DNA from: Octopus sinensis
Taxonomy: Eukaryota
NCBI RefSeq assembly: GCF_006345805.1
Contig: NC_043007.1
Coordinates: forward strand, 63,116,001 to 63,180,000
Reading direction: 5' to 3'
Length of the DNA: 64,000 bases
A model generated the notes under the pieces. The model was not told the DNA's origin. It did no database searches and saw only the letters and a list, made by a program, of their open reading frames with translations. Position numbers and translations under genes: made by a program. This document shows, one piece after another, positions 52,050 to 64,000 of the stretch. Each line of letters starts with the position of its first letter. Positions within the stretch are counted from its first letter, which is position 1.

Positions 52050-52885
52050 TTAGAAAAGAATTACCTGTATCTTGATGATTCACAACAGGTATCAAAAGGC
52101 CAACATCATGACTGCTGCTCAATGCTCTGTGACCACTATAAAGGCTGTGAGATGTAACATGGATAGCTGCAACAGAGTCTATGAAGCTGTGGCCAGCAAA
52201 AAGCACTCTGTTTGTGTCACCACATGCTGGAATTTATCCAATAACTGCAGGACAAAGTGATGGAAGATCCAAGCAAGGGAATCCAGGCTTTGAGAAGAGA
52301 GATAGGTATTGGAAATGACCTTGAATGAGGGCCTTCACTACCATTCATACAAGAGGCACAAGGGACAAATTGTGCCAGCCAAGGCCAAGGGGAAATGCTT
52401 GACAAAAGTAAAGAAACTCTCAATTAAACTGAGGCATCCCATAGAACCTGGGATGATCTGGTTCTTCTCAGATAAAAAGAACTTCTGCCAAACCAGTCGT
52501 ACAACACCCAGGTGGTGTTCTATGTATCATGAAAACCAAGTTTTCCAAAATTATGATCATCTTTGGATGTCTCCAGTGAGAGGGACATTCTGCAATCCCA
52601 CAGCTTTGAACAGCACTTTTCTGAAGGTATTGCAAGGAACTGATTTCTGCTGCCATACATATGGCCTTCCATCTAGGGATTGACCACAGTGCCTTAAGCT
52701 CAATTCAGATAGCTATTTGAAGCTGCAGGAAATTGTGGTCAATCCCTAGCTGGAGAGGGTTGCTGCTGGAAGGACATATGTATGGCAGCAGGAATAGGTT
52801 CCTTGCAATACCTTCAGAAAGTGTCAGAAGTGGTTGTCAGAGAATTTCCACAACTTCACCAGCTCCAATTTCTGACCTCCTAATT
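52050..52885 (+). mobile_element. Degenerate maT/DD37D transposase
   Basis: IWFFSDKKNF, ERVAAGRTYVWQQE, KWLSENFHNFT; same family as 24722-25573. Confidence 0.75.
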
Positions 52886-53677
52886 TGGTTTCCTCTTGCA
52901 GGGCTATAAGAGAAGACACTTGCATGAGGTGCCATGCAGTGGGACTGAACTCAAGACCATGTAGTGGGAAAGCAAATTTCTTACTACACAACCATGCCTG
53001 CATCTCTCTCTCCCTCTATCTCTCTCTCTCTCATGCACACATAAATATATATACATATACATATATACACATATGTGTATACTTGTGTCATGTAACTGGC
53101 ACTTGTGTCAGTGACATGTAAAAAGCAGCCTTTGAACGTTGGGCAATATGCTTGAGAAGACCAGACAAGCCAAGTGAAATTGTAGTCATAGCCGATGCCA
53201 GTGTCACATATCTGGCACCCATGCCAGTGGCATATAAAAAGCACACTTCCAACTTTGAGGCAGTGACAAGTGATCGAGACCTTTGGCAATATAACATGCT
53301 TGAGAAGACCTGTCTAGCTACGTGAGATTGTAGTCATGGCTCATGCTGGTGTTTCATAACTGGCACCTATGCCGGTGGCATGTAAAAAGCACTTACTACT
53401 CTCTTGGAGTGGTTCGCATTTTAAAAGAAGCCTTTCTTATGTGGTAGATGCAGTGACTGACAGCTGGCATGATCCAGAGTTGGTGTCGTATGGTTTTTAT
53501 GGTCACAAGTTTGCATGGAATTTAAGCATTCATTAAATTATCTTACATGAAGATGACTTTATGAAACATTTATGGGGTGTATTTGTAATCCTATGTACTA
53601 CACTTATCCATAGATTAGACACAACATTCTTTCATTACAAGTGTGCATCAAGCATTTTATCTAAAATAAACAAATAC

Positions 53678-53739
<62 letters not shown>

Positions 53740-54547
53740 AAATACAATCAGATAGGCACACATACATTTATAAATAAATATAAAATGCAGTGATATTACA
53801 AGCTATCTCCAATTTCTAATGTCAATTTTAAACATAAGTGTATGCAAGTCTAATCAGAAGTCATTTCAATTTAGTCTAAATACTATAGCATATTATTAAT
53901 TTGAAGCAATTTTTAAGATGGCGGGGTGAAATTTAATGGGGATTTGACTGCTTTTGTAGCAGGATGACCTACTGTATAGAGGCAGAATTGAGTAACCTAA
54001 AGGTATACAACAGTAACTTGTAAACCTAAGTCTATATCTTTGTTCCCTGTAATCATGTATCATAGTGGATATGAATCCTCTTCTAATACAGTAAAGTCGT
54101 TGTATTTGGGTATTAACTGGGACTTGTGGGTTCTGCTTGAGAGGTCCCTATGTAGTCACTTTATCTGAAAGAAACAGCAGCCAAATTTCACTCAAGCCAC
54201 ACCTTAGTATCAGGAAAAAGGAAGGATACATTGAACAATGTAGTTCTAGATACACAAAAGATGGTGGTGCAACAAGACTTGAACATCTTCAAGTACAGGT
54301 CTGCTTGATCGGGGCTGAACCACTAGAATAAATACTAAAAACTTCTACATTTGTGGGTGGCCACAAATGCACACTTATTTCTTTTAATCTTTTCATTCTT
54401 TTATACAAATTTGGTGAGGGTGATTTCTTCATATTGCCACTGATTTGAACATGTCTGTTAAACCTTTTGATATCAACCTGCCCAAGAACGACCCTGGTTC
54501 TATGATGCAAACTTCCTGTGTTCTAAACACCAGCTTAATAATCCTTT

Positions 54548-54755
54548 CTACTATAGGCACAAGGCCTGAAATTTTGTGGGGAGGGGACTAGTCGATAACA
54601 TCGACCCCAGTAATCAACAGGTACTTAATTTATTGACCCTGAAAGGATGAAAAGCAAAATCAACCTCAGTGGAATTTGAACTCAGAATATAAAAATGGAC
54701 GAAATGCTGCTAAGCATTTTCCCAGTGTGCTGACGATTCTGCCAGCTCGCCACCT
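54548..54755 (-). mobile_element. SINE (same family as 4460-4890)
   Basis: ggcacaaggcctgaaatt...ttattgaccctgaaaggatgaaaag...gattctgccagctcgcc. Confidence 0.7.
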
Positions 54756-55164
54756 ACACCAGCTTATTAATGACAGTTATTTTACTAAATTCTTTATTAA
54801 TTTCAAAATTAATTGAAGTAAAAGGAGTGTATTTCAGCAGAAATATTGGAATGAAAGGGTCACAAAAGAAAGGGATTTAATTATGAAAATAATTTTGGTG
54901 CAGTTAAATGTTTCCCCTTTTTTCATATTTTACCTCTCCTAGCACAACTTGTTTCTCCTATTTACCAATTTTTCCAAACAGCTCCTTGACTCAGTACAAA
55001 TGTGAATTGGCTCCACTAGATCCTACTCTGTAAAAATTGGTTTCAAATTTGAGCAAGTTCGGGGGAGGAGTAAGTCATTTACATCAGCCAGAATGTTCAA
55101 CTGGTACTTATCAACCCTGAAAGGGATGAAAGCAAAGTCAACCTTAGCAGGTTACTCACAGCCT

Positions 55165-55830
55165 TAGTGTTGTGTCCTCCACTTGCTGCTACCTTTACAT
55201 CTAGTTTCACTGCTGTCAACCATGCTAATACTACTAATCCCTTCCACTTTTTAGTTACCCTTAGGGACATGAGAGACGTTGAACAACCTACATTCACAAG
55301 TGTTTTGAATGCCTTTCCTCCAAACAGTATTTCAACTAAAGGCAGCAACCATATGAGAGACTCTACTTGCTCACAAGGGAAGTTTGAGAGGTAGCAACTT
55401 CTTTGTGGCCTTTTCCCTGGTTGCAGTTTCAAGCTACATGCTCTGTCCACTTGCACTGGTAGCAAATAGGTTCGGACTTCATCTCCTTGCAGTCCCTTGC
55501 CATGTGTGGTCTCTGGCACTTGAAACACTGGCCCATAAATGGTTGTGGACACTCCAAGGCGGCTTTTCTCTCCTCATTTTTCGTCAGTTGTCATATGACA
55601 CCATGGGTTTCTGTAGCTGCCATTACCACTGCATTCTGCCCGATGTTTTGCATTGACACACAGGTTTGTGCAACAAGTTCACTCATCAACATCTCACTGC
55701 TTGGCAGTTGTTGCAGCCACACTGATATGCCGTCAGGGGAACCATTTACAAAAGCTAACCGTGCTGGCTGCATACATGTCCACCTGTTCTCCTGTCCACT
55801 TGACCTTTCCTACCTTGGTGAATACAGTAT
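55165..55830 (-). mobile_element. Gypsy-type gag-protease fragment
   Basis: Two CCHC-like knuckles (CFKCQRPHMARDC at 55489-55527 and CYQCKWTEHVA*NC), followed by the decayed aspartic-protease motif LVNVGCSTSLM (consensus LVDTGCS). Confidence 0.75.
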
Positions 55831-56645
55831 AATAATAATAACGAAATTATTGTATACAATGCTCAGGTGCACCACAACTTGTCAAGTGTGTGTATAAAGT
55901 ATATGCAGCAATGTACAAATGTCTGGAAAGCGAACAGTGTATGAGTCAGATAATGCTTGCATGTGTATGGAGGGGAGAAAATCAGGTGTAGTGTTGGCTA
56001 ATTTCAGGAAGCATGGAAGTTTTGAAGATCCCTTATTCTCTTTTCCAAATAGCTGGTCTAGGGGAGATAACTCGTCCTCACTAATGTCGGACATTTTATT
56101 CTCTGATGATCATTTGACTAATGACCGTACCAACTTTCCATCTTCAAGAGGCGAAGAGTTAAATTTGTCTTCGGACTAGAGTCTGATGAGTAATCCACGA
56201 ATCTACGGCCTTCGTTAATGCAAACCTTATTACTCACAAAGCAAGAAATTATGAAAGGGCAGGGACATTTGCCGGAAGGAAATTGTGTCAGAGGATGAAA
56301 ACTGAGAGACAGAGAGGCAGAAACAGGTGTCTTGCGAAAACAGAAGCGGCATTGGAGGAGGTGATCCAGTATCAGATACTTGCTTGGGTTAGACAGATAG
56401 ATGCTCTTCCTGTTGCCAACCCTCACTTGTTTTCAAGTAAGGCAAAATCTTCAACATTTGCTGCATCGTCATACTACATACAGAGCCAGCTCAAGGCACA
56501 GGCAACTTGGGCATTCACCTGGGGTACCATGTGTCAGGGGGCGCCAAGTAGGGCATGACGAAGGCAAGAAATTTTCTACGACCATCAGTTTGTACATGCT
56601 GAAGTTCAGCAACCCTATGGCTGGCTTTGGATCGATCCATCCATC

Positions 56646-56682
<37 letters not shown>

Positions 56683-56685
56683 ACA

Positions 56686-56734
<49 letters not shown>

Positions 56735-57559
56735 TGTTATAATTTCTAAATCTCCCTAAAGATACAGCAGCAGTAATGGATATTAATATTTATTGCCCAT
56801 GTTTGTTTGGCGATAAATATATATACATGAATGTGTTTGTGTGTATGTAGCAGGCTGGATGAAAGATGTGATATCAGGTCGATATGATGTAGCCCACTGC
56901 TGAATGTAGCGTGTAGATGTAACGTTTCAAGGTTCTCATACTGGAGTACCAGTAAACATCAAAGAATCAATACTAAGAAGGAAGAAATATTATTTACATA
57001 TTCGTTTGCCCGACTGGTAGTTAAAGAGACAGTAGCAATTCTAGTGATAGTAATAACAAGGATGGCTCACTAGTTAGTAGTTGATAGTGTAGAAAAAGGT
57101 TGTTTGCCAGTAGAGAGTGAAAGAGTAAGGAATGCACGGTGCTGACTAGAAAAGAAGAAAGGATGGAGGTATCATCATCTTTCTTGCGGCCGAGGAAAGT
57201 GCTGCTCTTGGCCATGGCGACACAATAGAGCATGTTGCTCCTTGGTCTGTCTGACACAAAAGTGGAAGAGATAGGAAATTCTCTGTTATATAGACTATGG
57301 TCAGTAATATAGGTCAAACCCTAAACAAAGGACTGGCCTTTCCTTGACCAGCACAGGTCCTAGAGAGTCAAGTGTTTCCTCATCTACCATCTGGTGTGGA
57401 GAGGGTTTTCCACTGGTTTTGACAAGCAACAAGCGAGTGGATTTGGTTTCAAACTTTAGGCCGAGTCAAGCTAGATCCCTACACTACTCCCCCACTAGAG
57501 AGTTTCTAAAATAAATGGAAACACACAATCTAGGGAAAAGATTGTATTCATATAAAAAT

Positions 57560-58350
57560 GCATTTTAAGATAAGGTGAAAATAATGTTCGACTGTGAAAA
57601 GTATTTTGTTGTTGGTAGATGTGATGCAAGGCCAAGAAAAACGGTGCCTATCAGGAGAGAGATTCTTGAGAAGGTAACGGGAGAGGTACCTATTTGTGTG
57701 AGTTTGAATAGCAGTGTCGCTTTGCTTGCGCAGAATGCAGAATATGCCAGTCAGTGTGAGACTGAGGCTGGGTGAATGAGCGTGCACATGAGTGCAGAAT
57801 GTACCAGTTGTTGCGTGACTGAGGCAGTGAGTGAGTGTGCAAGGACGTATACATGAGTGCGAGAGAAAGTCCTGCAGCTGCGAAATAAGCTGAGGTGAGT
57901 GAATGTGTGCATTCTCTATCCATAATATCAGCAAAAATTTTCTTGAGGATTGCATTTTGTATGAAAATGTCTTGAAAAGAGTGCAGAAGTGAATTGTGTC
58001 TGGCATTGTTGTCGTGGGCATTTGCTAAGATTAGCCAGAACGACGACAGTGTGATATGCTGGTGCATTGCGTTGGACAGACGATTTCGTCTATAAACTTC
58101 ATGACCAGCCTGGGGTCAAACAGAGGCAAGGTGTGTCTGACAAGAGCGCAAAGAGAATGAGATGACAGCCAGCAGTTAACTTTATTTCATTTCATTTGCC
58201 ATAGAGGCAGTACAAAGATGGGTAGCTTTGCACTAGTCAAGCAGCCGACATAGAACCACGTATTCAGCATGAACGACCCAACACAGTAGCAGTCACGAAA
58301 CGTAAACAGACATGACCGAATGACCAACGCACACACAGACACAAAACATG
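57560..58350 (-). mobile_element. Probable 5' portion (N-terminal domain) of a Penelope-like element
   Basis: Frameshifted YRRNRLSNAMHQHI..., QLQDFLSHSC loosely resembles PLE N-termini; it lies next to an oppositely oriented pLTR at 58623-58805, as in PLE 5' inversions. Homology is weak. Confidence 0.4.
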
Positions 58351-58622
58351 CCCGGTTCTACCTCATCACATCGACACAGTATTTCCCCTGTTCATTTTCG
58401 TCTAGTTGGTAATGTCATGTAGTGGATTTTCTGGTGTATACAATACGTAAATACAAGTGTCGATTAAATAAATTATTTAAACCACAATCCGATGCTTTCC
58501 CATTGTTTTACTTTGATGTCGTCCACATGCCTATTCCATCTGCTACCTCGACATCTTCTGCTACACCTTTTCCGCTATACACACACACACAACACACACA
58601 CACACATACACACACACACACA

Positions 58623-58802
58623 TTGAATCGTTAGCAATTTTTTCTCTCTCCTTGTTTCTTTTCTGTGAATCTTTCTGTCGAAGAGCGTAGGCTCGAAAGG
58701 TAAAAGACCTGTTTTATTTCTATTCCTGAGCGCCATACTAATACATTGTTTGTTTGTACTCCACCTGCCTTCGTCTTTTGTTTATTTTCGTAAACCTTCT
58801 CG

Positions 58803-58805
<3 letters not shown>
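58623..58805 (+). mobile_element. Penelope pLTR-like segment with a degenerate minimal hammerhead (58670-58707), ending in (TA)n
   Basis: Homologous to the 3' end of the PLE at 31305-31500 (gaagagcgtaggctcgaaa...cctgagc...ctaatacat.tgtttg). Confidence 0.7.
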
Positions 58806-58857
<52 letters not shown>

Positions 58858-59208
58858 GGGCTTCATTCAGTTTCTGTCTACCAAATCCACTCAGAAGTCA
58901 TTGGGTGACCCAGAGCTATAGCAGAAGACACCAATGTGCTGAGACCAAACCCAAGAATATATACAATTTAGCACATTCGCTAAAACCAATTGTTAATTAT
59001 TAACAGCAAATTGGTCATCTTCACTTACAGCCGTTTCTATTAATACTCAATAAATATTAGATTTACAATTTATGCAGCATGAGCATAATATCATCAGAGG
59101 AAAAGGATGTACTTTTGAATGGTATATGTGTGTTTGTGAATTCATTTTAGCAGAGTCTGCTAAAACACACACACACACACATGTATGTATGTATGTATGT
59201 ATGTATGT

Positions 59209-59240
<32 letters not shown>

Positions 59241-61039
59241 TCATGCATGCATGCATGTATGTATGTACATCAACAAATCATATTAAGCTGCCTGGAAGCT
59301 ATAAATGATAGCATAAAATATTTTGGGTTAAAAAAGCTGAGTTAGGAAAATAGTCGAAAGCTACCAATCTAACTAGGAATGTTAAAAATGGCAAATTAGA
59401 TTATGTAGTCCTAGGTAATGTTTGCCTAAACATAGATCTGGATCGCCTTTTGACCACAAGTCTGTTCAATCAGAGCTAAACAACAGCCCCGAATTTGGAC
59501 AAAATTAAAATGAGGAAATGTATTTATTCGAAACCAGTTTTCATTGACACCGTATTTTTCTGGTTTGCTATGTCACCACCGATTCCAGGTATGCTTATTT
59601 ACTGTTTTAAGAAAATAATTGTTTGTTTGTTTTTTTCTAATTTTATCATTCTTACATCATATTTGCCCTAAATATTCTTGTTTTGCGTCGCTTTTAAATT
59701 CTGAATTGAAAATCGTAATTTCACGTGCATTATTTTCTTTGGAACAACTTCGCAACGTGTATCATCTGCGTATCGCTTTCGAAAATGTGTCTATCGTTTT
59801 ATCTATCTATCTATCTATCTATCGATTGATCATTGTTTATCTGTTTGTCTTTTCTTTCACCAAATGTCTATAAAACTGATTGTAACTAATGTTCTTTGTT
59901 ATGTGGATTTGACAATCTACTTGTCAATCTCTCTTAGTCGCGTTTCTTTCTTTTTCCTTTCTCTCTCTCCTCATACGTGTATATATATATATATATATTA
60001 TGGGACCTGGTGCGGTCCCTGGCCTTGCTAATTCCTGTCAAGCCGTCCAGTCTATACCATCATAGAAAACGGACGTTAAATGATGATGATGACGATATAT
60101 ATATGTGTATACACACACACACACACACGGGATGTCAAGACACCCAAGCACACGCGCACTCACACATATACGTATGTATGTATGCATATGTTTATATGTA
60201 TGTTTCCACCTACCAAATCCATTCAGAAAGCTTTGGTCAGCCCTAAGCTATAATGGAAGACATTAGCCTAATGTTCCATGCTGTAGGACTGAACCCGAAG
60301 TCACATGGTTAGGAAGCAAGCTTCTTAACCACACCACCACGCCTGCAACCTACCCAACAGTATGTCGTCTCTCTTGTCCTTTTCCTGTATATTACTGCTC
60401 TGCACTATCAGACATCCCTTACTCCCCCAACTCACACCTGGCCCCTCTGCCCCACTCATTCCTTACTACCGCTTACCTTGAAGATCCACCCTGACCCCTC
60501 ATCACCAACTCCACCCGATTATTCCTAAATTTCTACTGCTAGAAGTCTGTTCTGCTCTGGCATTTTAATTTCCTACTTTACCTCTCTCTCTCTCTCTGTT
60601 CCTTGTTGCCTAACATAAAGTTGTTCCCTTGCATGACAACATCACTAGTGCTAGTAGCATAAAAAAGGTCCCCAGTACACTTTGTAAAACGGTTGGTATT
60701 AGGAAAGACATCCAGTCATAGAAACTATGCAAAGTAGACACTAGAGTGCAAAGCAGTCATCATTGACTCCATCAGATCCTGTCAAATCATCTAACACATG
60801 CTAGCATTGTACATGGACATTAAATGATGATGTTAATGATATATATATATATATATAGCATCATCACTATAATTCTGCATGGCCCAGACAAAGTTTGTTG
60901 AGGCAGATGCCCTTCCTGTCTCCAACCCTTATATGTTTCCAAGCAAGATAACATTTCTCCATGCCTACACATGTTTTTGCAGAATATTAGAAATGAAAGA
61001 CAGTCATTGACATTTGTCAACTTTGTTTTCATGACATGT

Positions 61040-61290
61040 TCTGTTGATCTCGCTCGATGTATCTGCCTTTGACCTCGATGACAGCCTCCAAGCAACCTCA
61101 GCACTGGCCACAGGCTTTCGTCACTGTCTCCCATTTTAGGTCCCTGATTGCCCTAGTTATCCTGACCCTCAGCTTGTCCTTTGTGTTGCTGTTGGATTTG
61201 TTGGTCTCTCATTCCACTTCATCCCACACAAAGAAGTCAAGGGGGTTGTACTCAGGTGAGTTGGGAGGCCAAATGTCAGGTATTGTGTCT
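61040..61290 (-). mobile_element. maT/mariner transposase C-terminal fragment
   Basis: IWPPNSPEYNPLDFFVWDEVE...LEAVIEVKGRYIE. Confidence 0.75.
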
Positions 61291-61807
61291 CAGCCAACAA
61301 CTAATGAAGTTTTAGTCAGTTAAAGGCTTTTTTCAACACAACCTATTCTTAACAACAGAATTCTCAGAGTTGGTTGCTTTCGATAGTAAGGTAAAAGCTA
61401 AAATCTTATTCAGCTGTTTACATGTCCCTTTCACCAGAAAGAATTCAGTTGGTTTAAGACCAATGGAAAATTCACAATCACTAAAATATATTGATGAAAG
61501 GTTTTTATCATTTAATTTATCATTGATTTTTCAAATGAAATCTTATCATTTCAGGTCCATTTTCTCAATTATGTCTTCATATTGTGAGTTAAAAAACAGA
61601 CGATTTATAATCAGATGTATGATCTTTGGTTTATCTATATGCATAGGATCATCTCTTTTAGGTCTGAGTAAGTTCATCTTATTTACTTTCTATTGTTTTT
61701 TCATGCTGTATTTATTTGTCTATAATATGCACTTGTGTATGATACATATTATGTAAGGCTATGAAATCCTAATAAAAATAACATGCATTGAATTTTCTAA
61801 AAAGAAG

Positions 61808-62066
61808 TGTTTGGTCAGATTTATTAAAACAAAAACCAAATTTGAAAGTGTTATATCACACGTTTGGATGGCGTGCCTTCGCCAATAATGTACCTCTACT
61901 CAACTACCGAACTCTCACTTCCGACGACTCGACTCAACAGAACTCGACGTCTAGTCCATTCACGGCTCCAGCTTACTCTATGCGATGTTTCTATGACTAG
62001 CTATCACATTCACTATTTATACATATTGGACTAGCTTACTTATCATCTGGGGGTGTCCACACAACA
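61808..62066 (-). mobile_element. Probable solo LTR (259 bp)
   Basis: Termini TGTT...AACA. On minus a TATAAATA and a downstream AATAAA near the end; flanks GAAG and GAAA match 3/4 (possible TSD); CpG-rich relative to its surroundings. Confidence 0.5.
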
Positions 62067-64000
62067 GAAAGTGACCTCTGAACTTTACCAGTTAAAAGTG
62101 AACTTTTAACTTTACTTTCAAACTTAAATTACTACCATCAGCCTTCATTACAGAAATATTGAAAAGACAATATAGAATGTAAATGCTTTCATTAAATTCA
62201 TGGGATGTAATAATGGAGGCTGGGGTACATATATTTATATCTGGACCTTTGCCCAGTTGTACCTGTTAAGTCACCATTACTCACCCACCTTCTTATCTAT
62301 TCAATATCCTCTCATTACTCTACCATTCCTCCTATCAATGTACCATGCCATCTGTGAAATGAGAAGACATTATTAGATCTGTATTGAATCCCCTTCCTCT
62401 AACTCTATATCCTATTATTCTTCTCCCCACTATCTTTCTGAATCATGATGCTTGAGGAAGGAGGTGGGAATCTGAATTACATTCCCATTTACCCTTCTTT
62501 GGTGCCTACCATCACTCCTCTCCCAATACCATTATTGTTCTTTCATATTATACCCTGCCTTTACTTCTCTTTGCTCCTCTGGCACTATATCTACAATTTC
62601 TTTCTCCTTTTCCTCACTATCACCCCAACCATATTGTTTCCCCTGTTTCTCCTTTCTTTTCCCATCCCACTCTAGTTTTATCTTCTGCAATTGTCCTCTC
62701 TTTTGCCCACTCTTACAATAATGTTACTCTGAAGAAACAAACAACACCACAAAACAGTAAGGATCCTGATAGAAGGTAACCTCATTAATGTTACAGCCAT
62801 GATAAAATGTACCTAGTATGCTCTGTAAAGGTGTTCATAGAAGTGATGTTTCTAGTGTACTGTGAAAAACATGAGGAAACTTGCTTGGAAACACTAGGAT
62901 TGGTGAGAGGAAGGGAACCCAACCATAGAAAATCTGCTTCAAAAAATTCTGTCTGACCCATGGAAGCATGGAAGAGTTGACATTAAATGATGATGATATC
63001 TGTTGAAATTCACTGCCTTTTTTTCAAATAATTTTGAAAATAATGAAGAATTTAGTGAAATAACATTTCTGTTAATCTGGTGTTTGGAACATAAATTAAC
63101 ATGAAAGTTTGATGCAAAGTTCTCATTTAGATTCATTTAAATCAGGAAGTTTGTATCAAGGGTGGTTCTCAAGCATGTGGGCATCAAAAGAGTTGATGTT
63201 TATGTTTTAATTTGATGTTTTAATAAAGAGTTGATGTTTATGTTTTCCAACACTGCTGCCAACATATCTGTGCATATACAAGCAAAAAGTTTAGACAGAT
63301 ATATGTGTTACACAATGTGTATGAAGACTGGCAAAATTGAACTCTCCATAAGCATTTGTGTTTGTTTGCATGCATGACATCATCAACTTGTGTTTACTTA
63401 CAATTCCAATATTTACATATGCACTACATAGTGACATATACTTGGTCATTTGCTTGTGGGACATATTTATGTATATGTATTAGTGCATGCTATGAATTTC
63501 CAACTCAGAGCAAGATTAAAAAGATAAATTAGAGGCAACTTTTTGTGCTCTTTAAGTAAAAAATTTGCAACTTATATGCAAGTATATTTAATCTCATTAT
63601 TAGCATAGAAAAATGTAACATATTGATTTTACCTCCTCATTACAAATCAATTTGCTTGGACAATAATATAACAAGTCATACTGTCCAGAATATGGACTCA
63701 CACTTGGGTTGGGGAAAATAAGTAGCCTCTTTATTACTGTGTTTCAAAGGGAATTCAACCATAAATATTAACATATAATACATTTAATACATTGGGCTTT
63801 TAACCTATTGTATTTTTCATTTGTTTCTACATTTGTGTTGCAAAGGTGTCATTTAAGTTCTTATGTATAGTACACTACCCTAAACTTTTTGACTTTTAGG
63901 TTTAAAAATCTGGAGAAAAGTGTGTAGTATATTTGAATAAATAAGGTGTTTTTATTGGCTTCTTTCTCTAGGCTAATTTAACTGAAAACAGGCTATGCAT

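Noticed and set aside
56180-56212. CTGATGAG...GAAT motif
   Set aside because: The GAAA and the NUH site are broken, and there is no stem I.
61370-61756. 128-aa plus ORF with hydrophobic end
   Set aside because: Composition is typical of AT-rich non-coding DNA with no recognisable domain; only a small internal segment has plausible splice sites.
62722-62765. CTGAAGA...AAAACAGTA after a pyrimidine-rich tract
   Set aside because: No stem II and the GAAA has decayed; at most a dead pLTR remnant.
63186-63245. Short direct duplications (22 bp here; also ~6993-7055, ~11385-11450, ~19445-19490)
   Set aside because: Ordinary slippage-type micro-duplications with no further structure.

Overview
AT-rich eukaryotic DNA, most likely an octopus or other coleoid cephalopod (inferred from the SINE/RTE repeat families and the microsatellite load). 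One host gene is well supported: an EGLN1/PHD2 (egl-9) HIF prolyl hydroxylase on the minus strand. Its coding exons lie at 35169-36059 (MYND finger plus start of the 2OG-Fe(II) domain), 14622-14741, 7098-7234 and 5920-5978, and all splice sites, phases and catalytic residues check out by hand. The terminal exon is uncertain. The rest is a nested transposon graveyard: Tc1, maT/mariner, a hAT inside a Helitron, Tx1/L1, RTE, CR1-like, Gypsy, Penelope-like elements (PLEs) and tRNA-derived SINEs, plus a 100-N gap. The most notable unannotated signal is a set of type I hammerhead ribozyme motifs read from the sequence. Two lie in the sense orientation of EGLN1 intron 1, one is antisense in that intron, and a mirrored pair sits in a near-perfect ~459-bp inverted repeat; degenerate relatives also occur. 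Other notable structures are a templated local duplication flanking exon 2 and a hAT element with TIRs and an 8-bp TSD splitting a Helitron helicase. Exon, ribozyme, TIR and duplication coordinates were counted by hand; boundaries of old TE fragments are approximate. No database searches were run.
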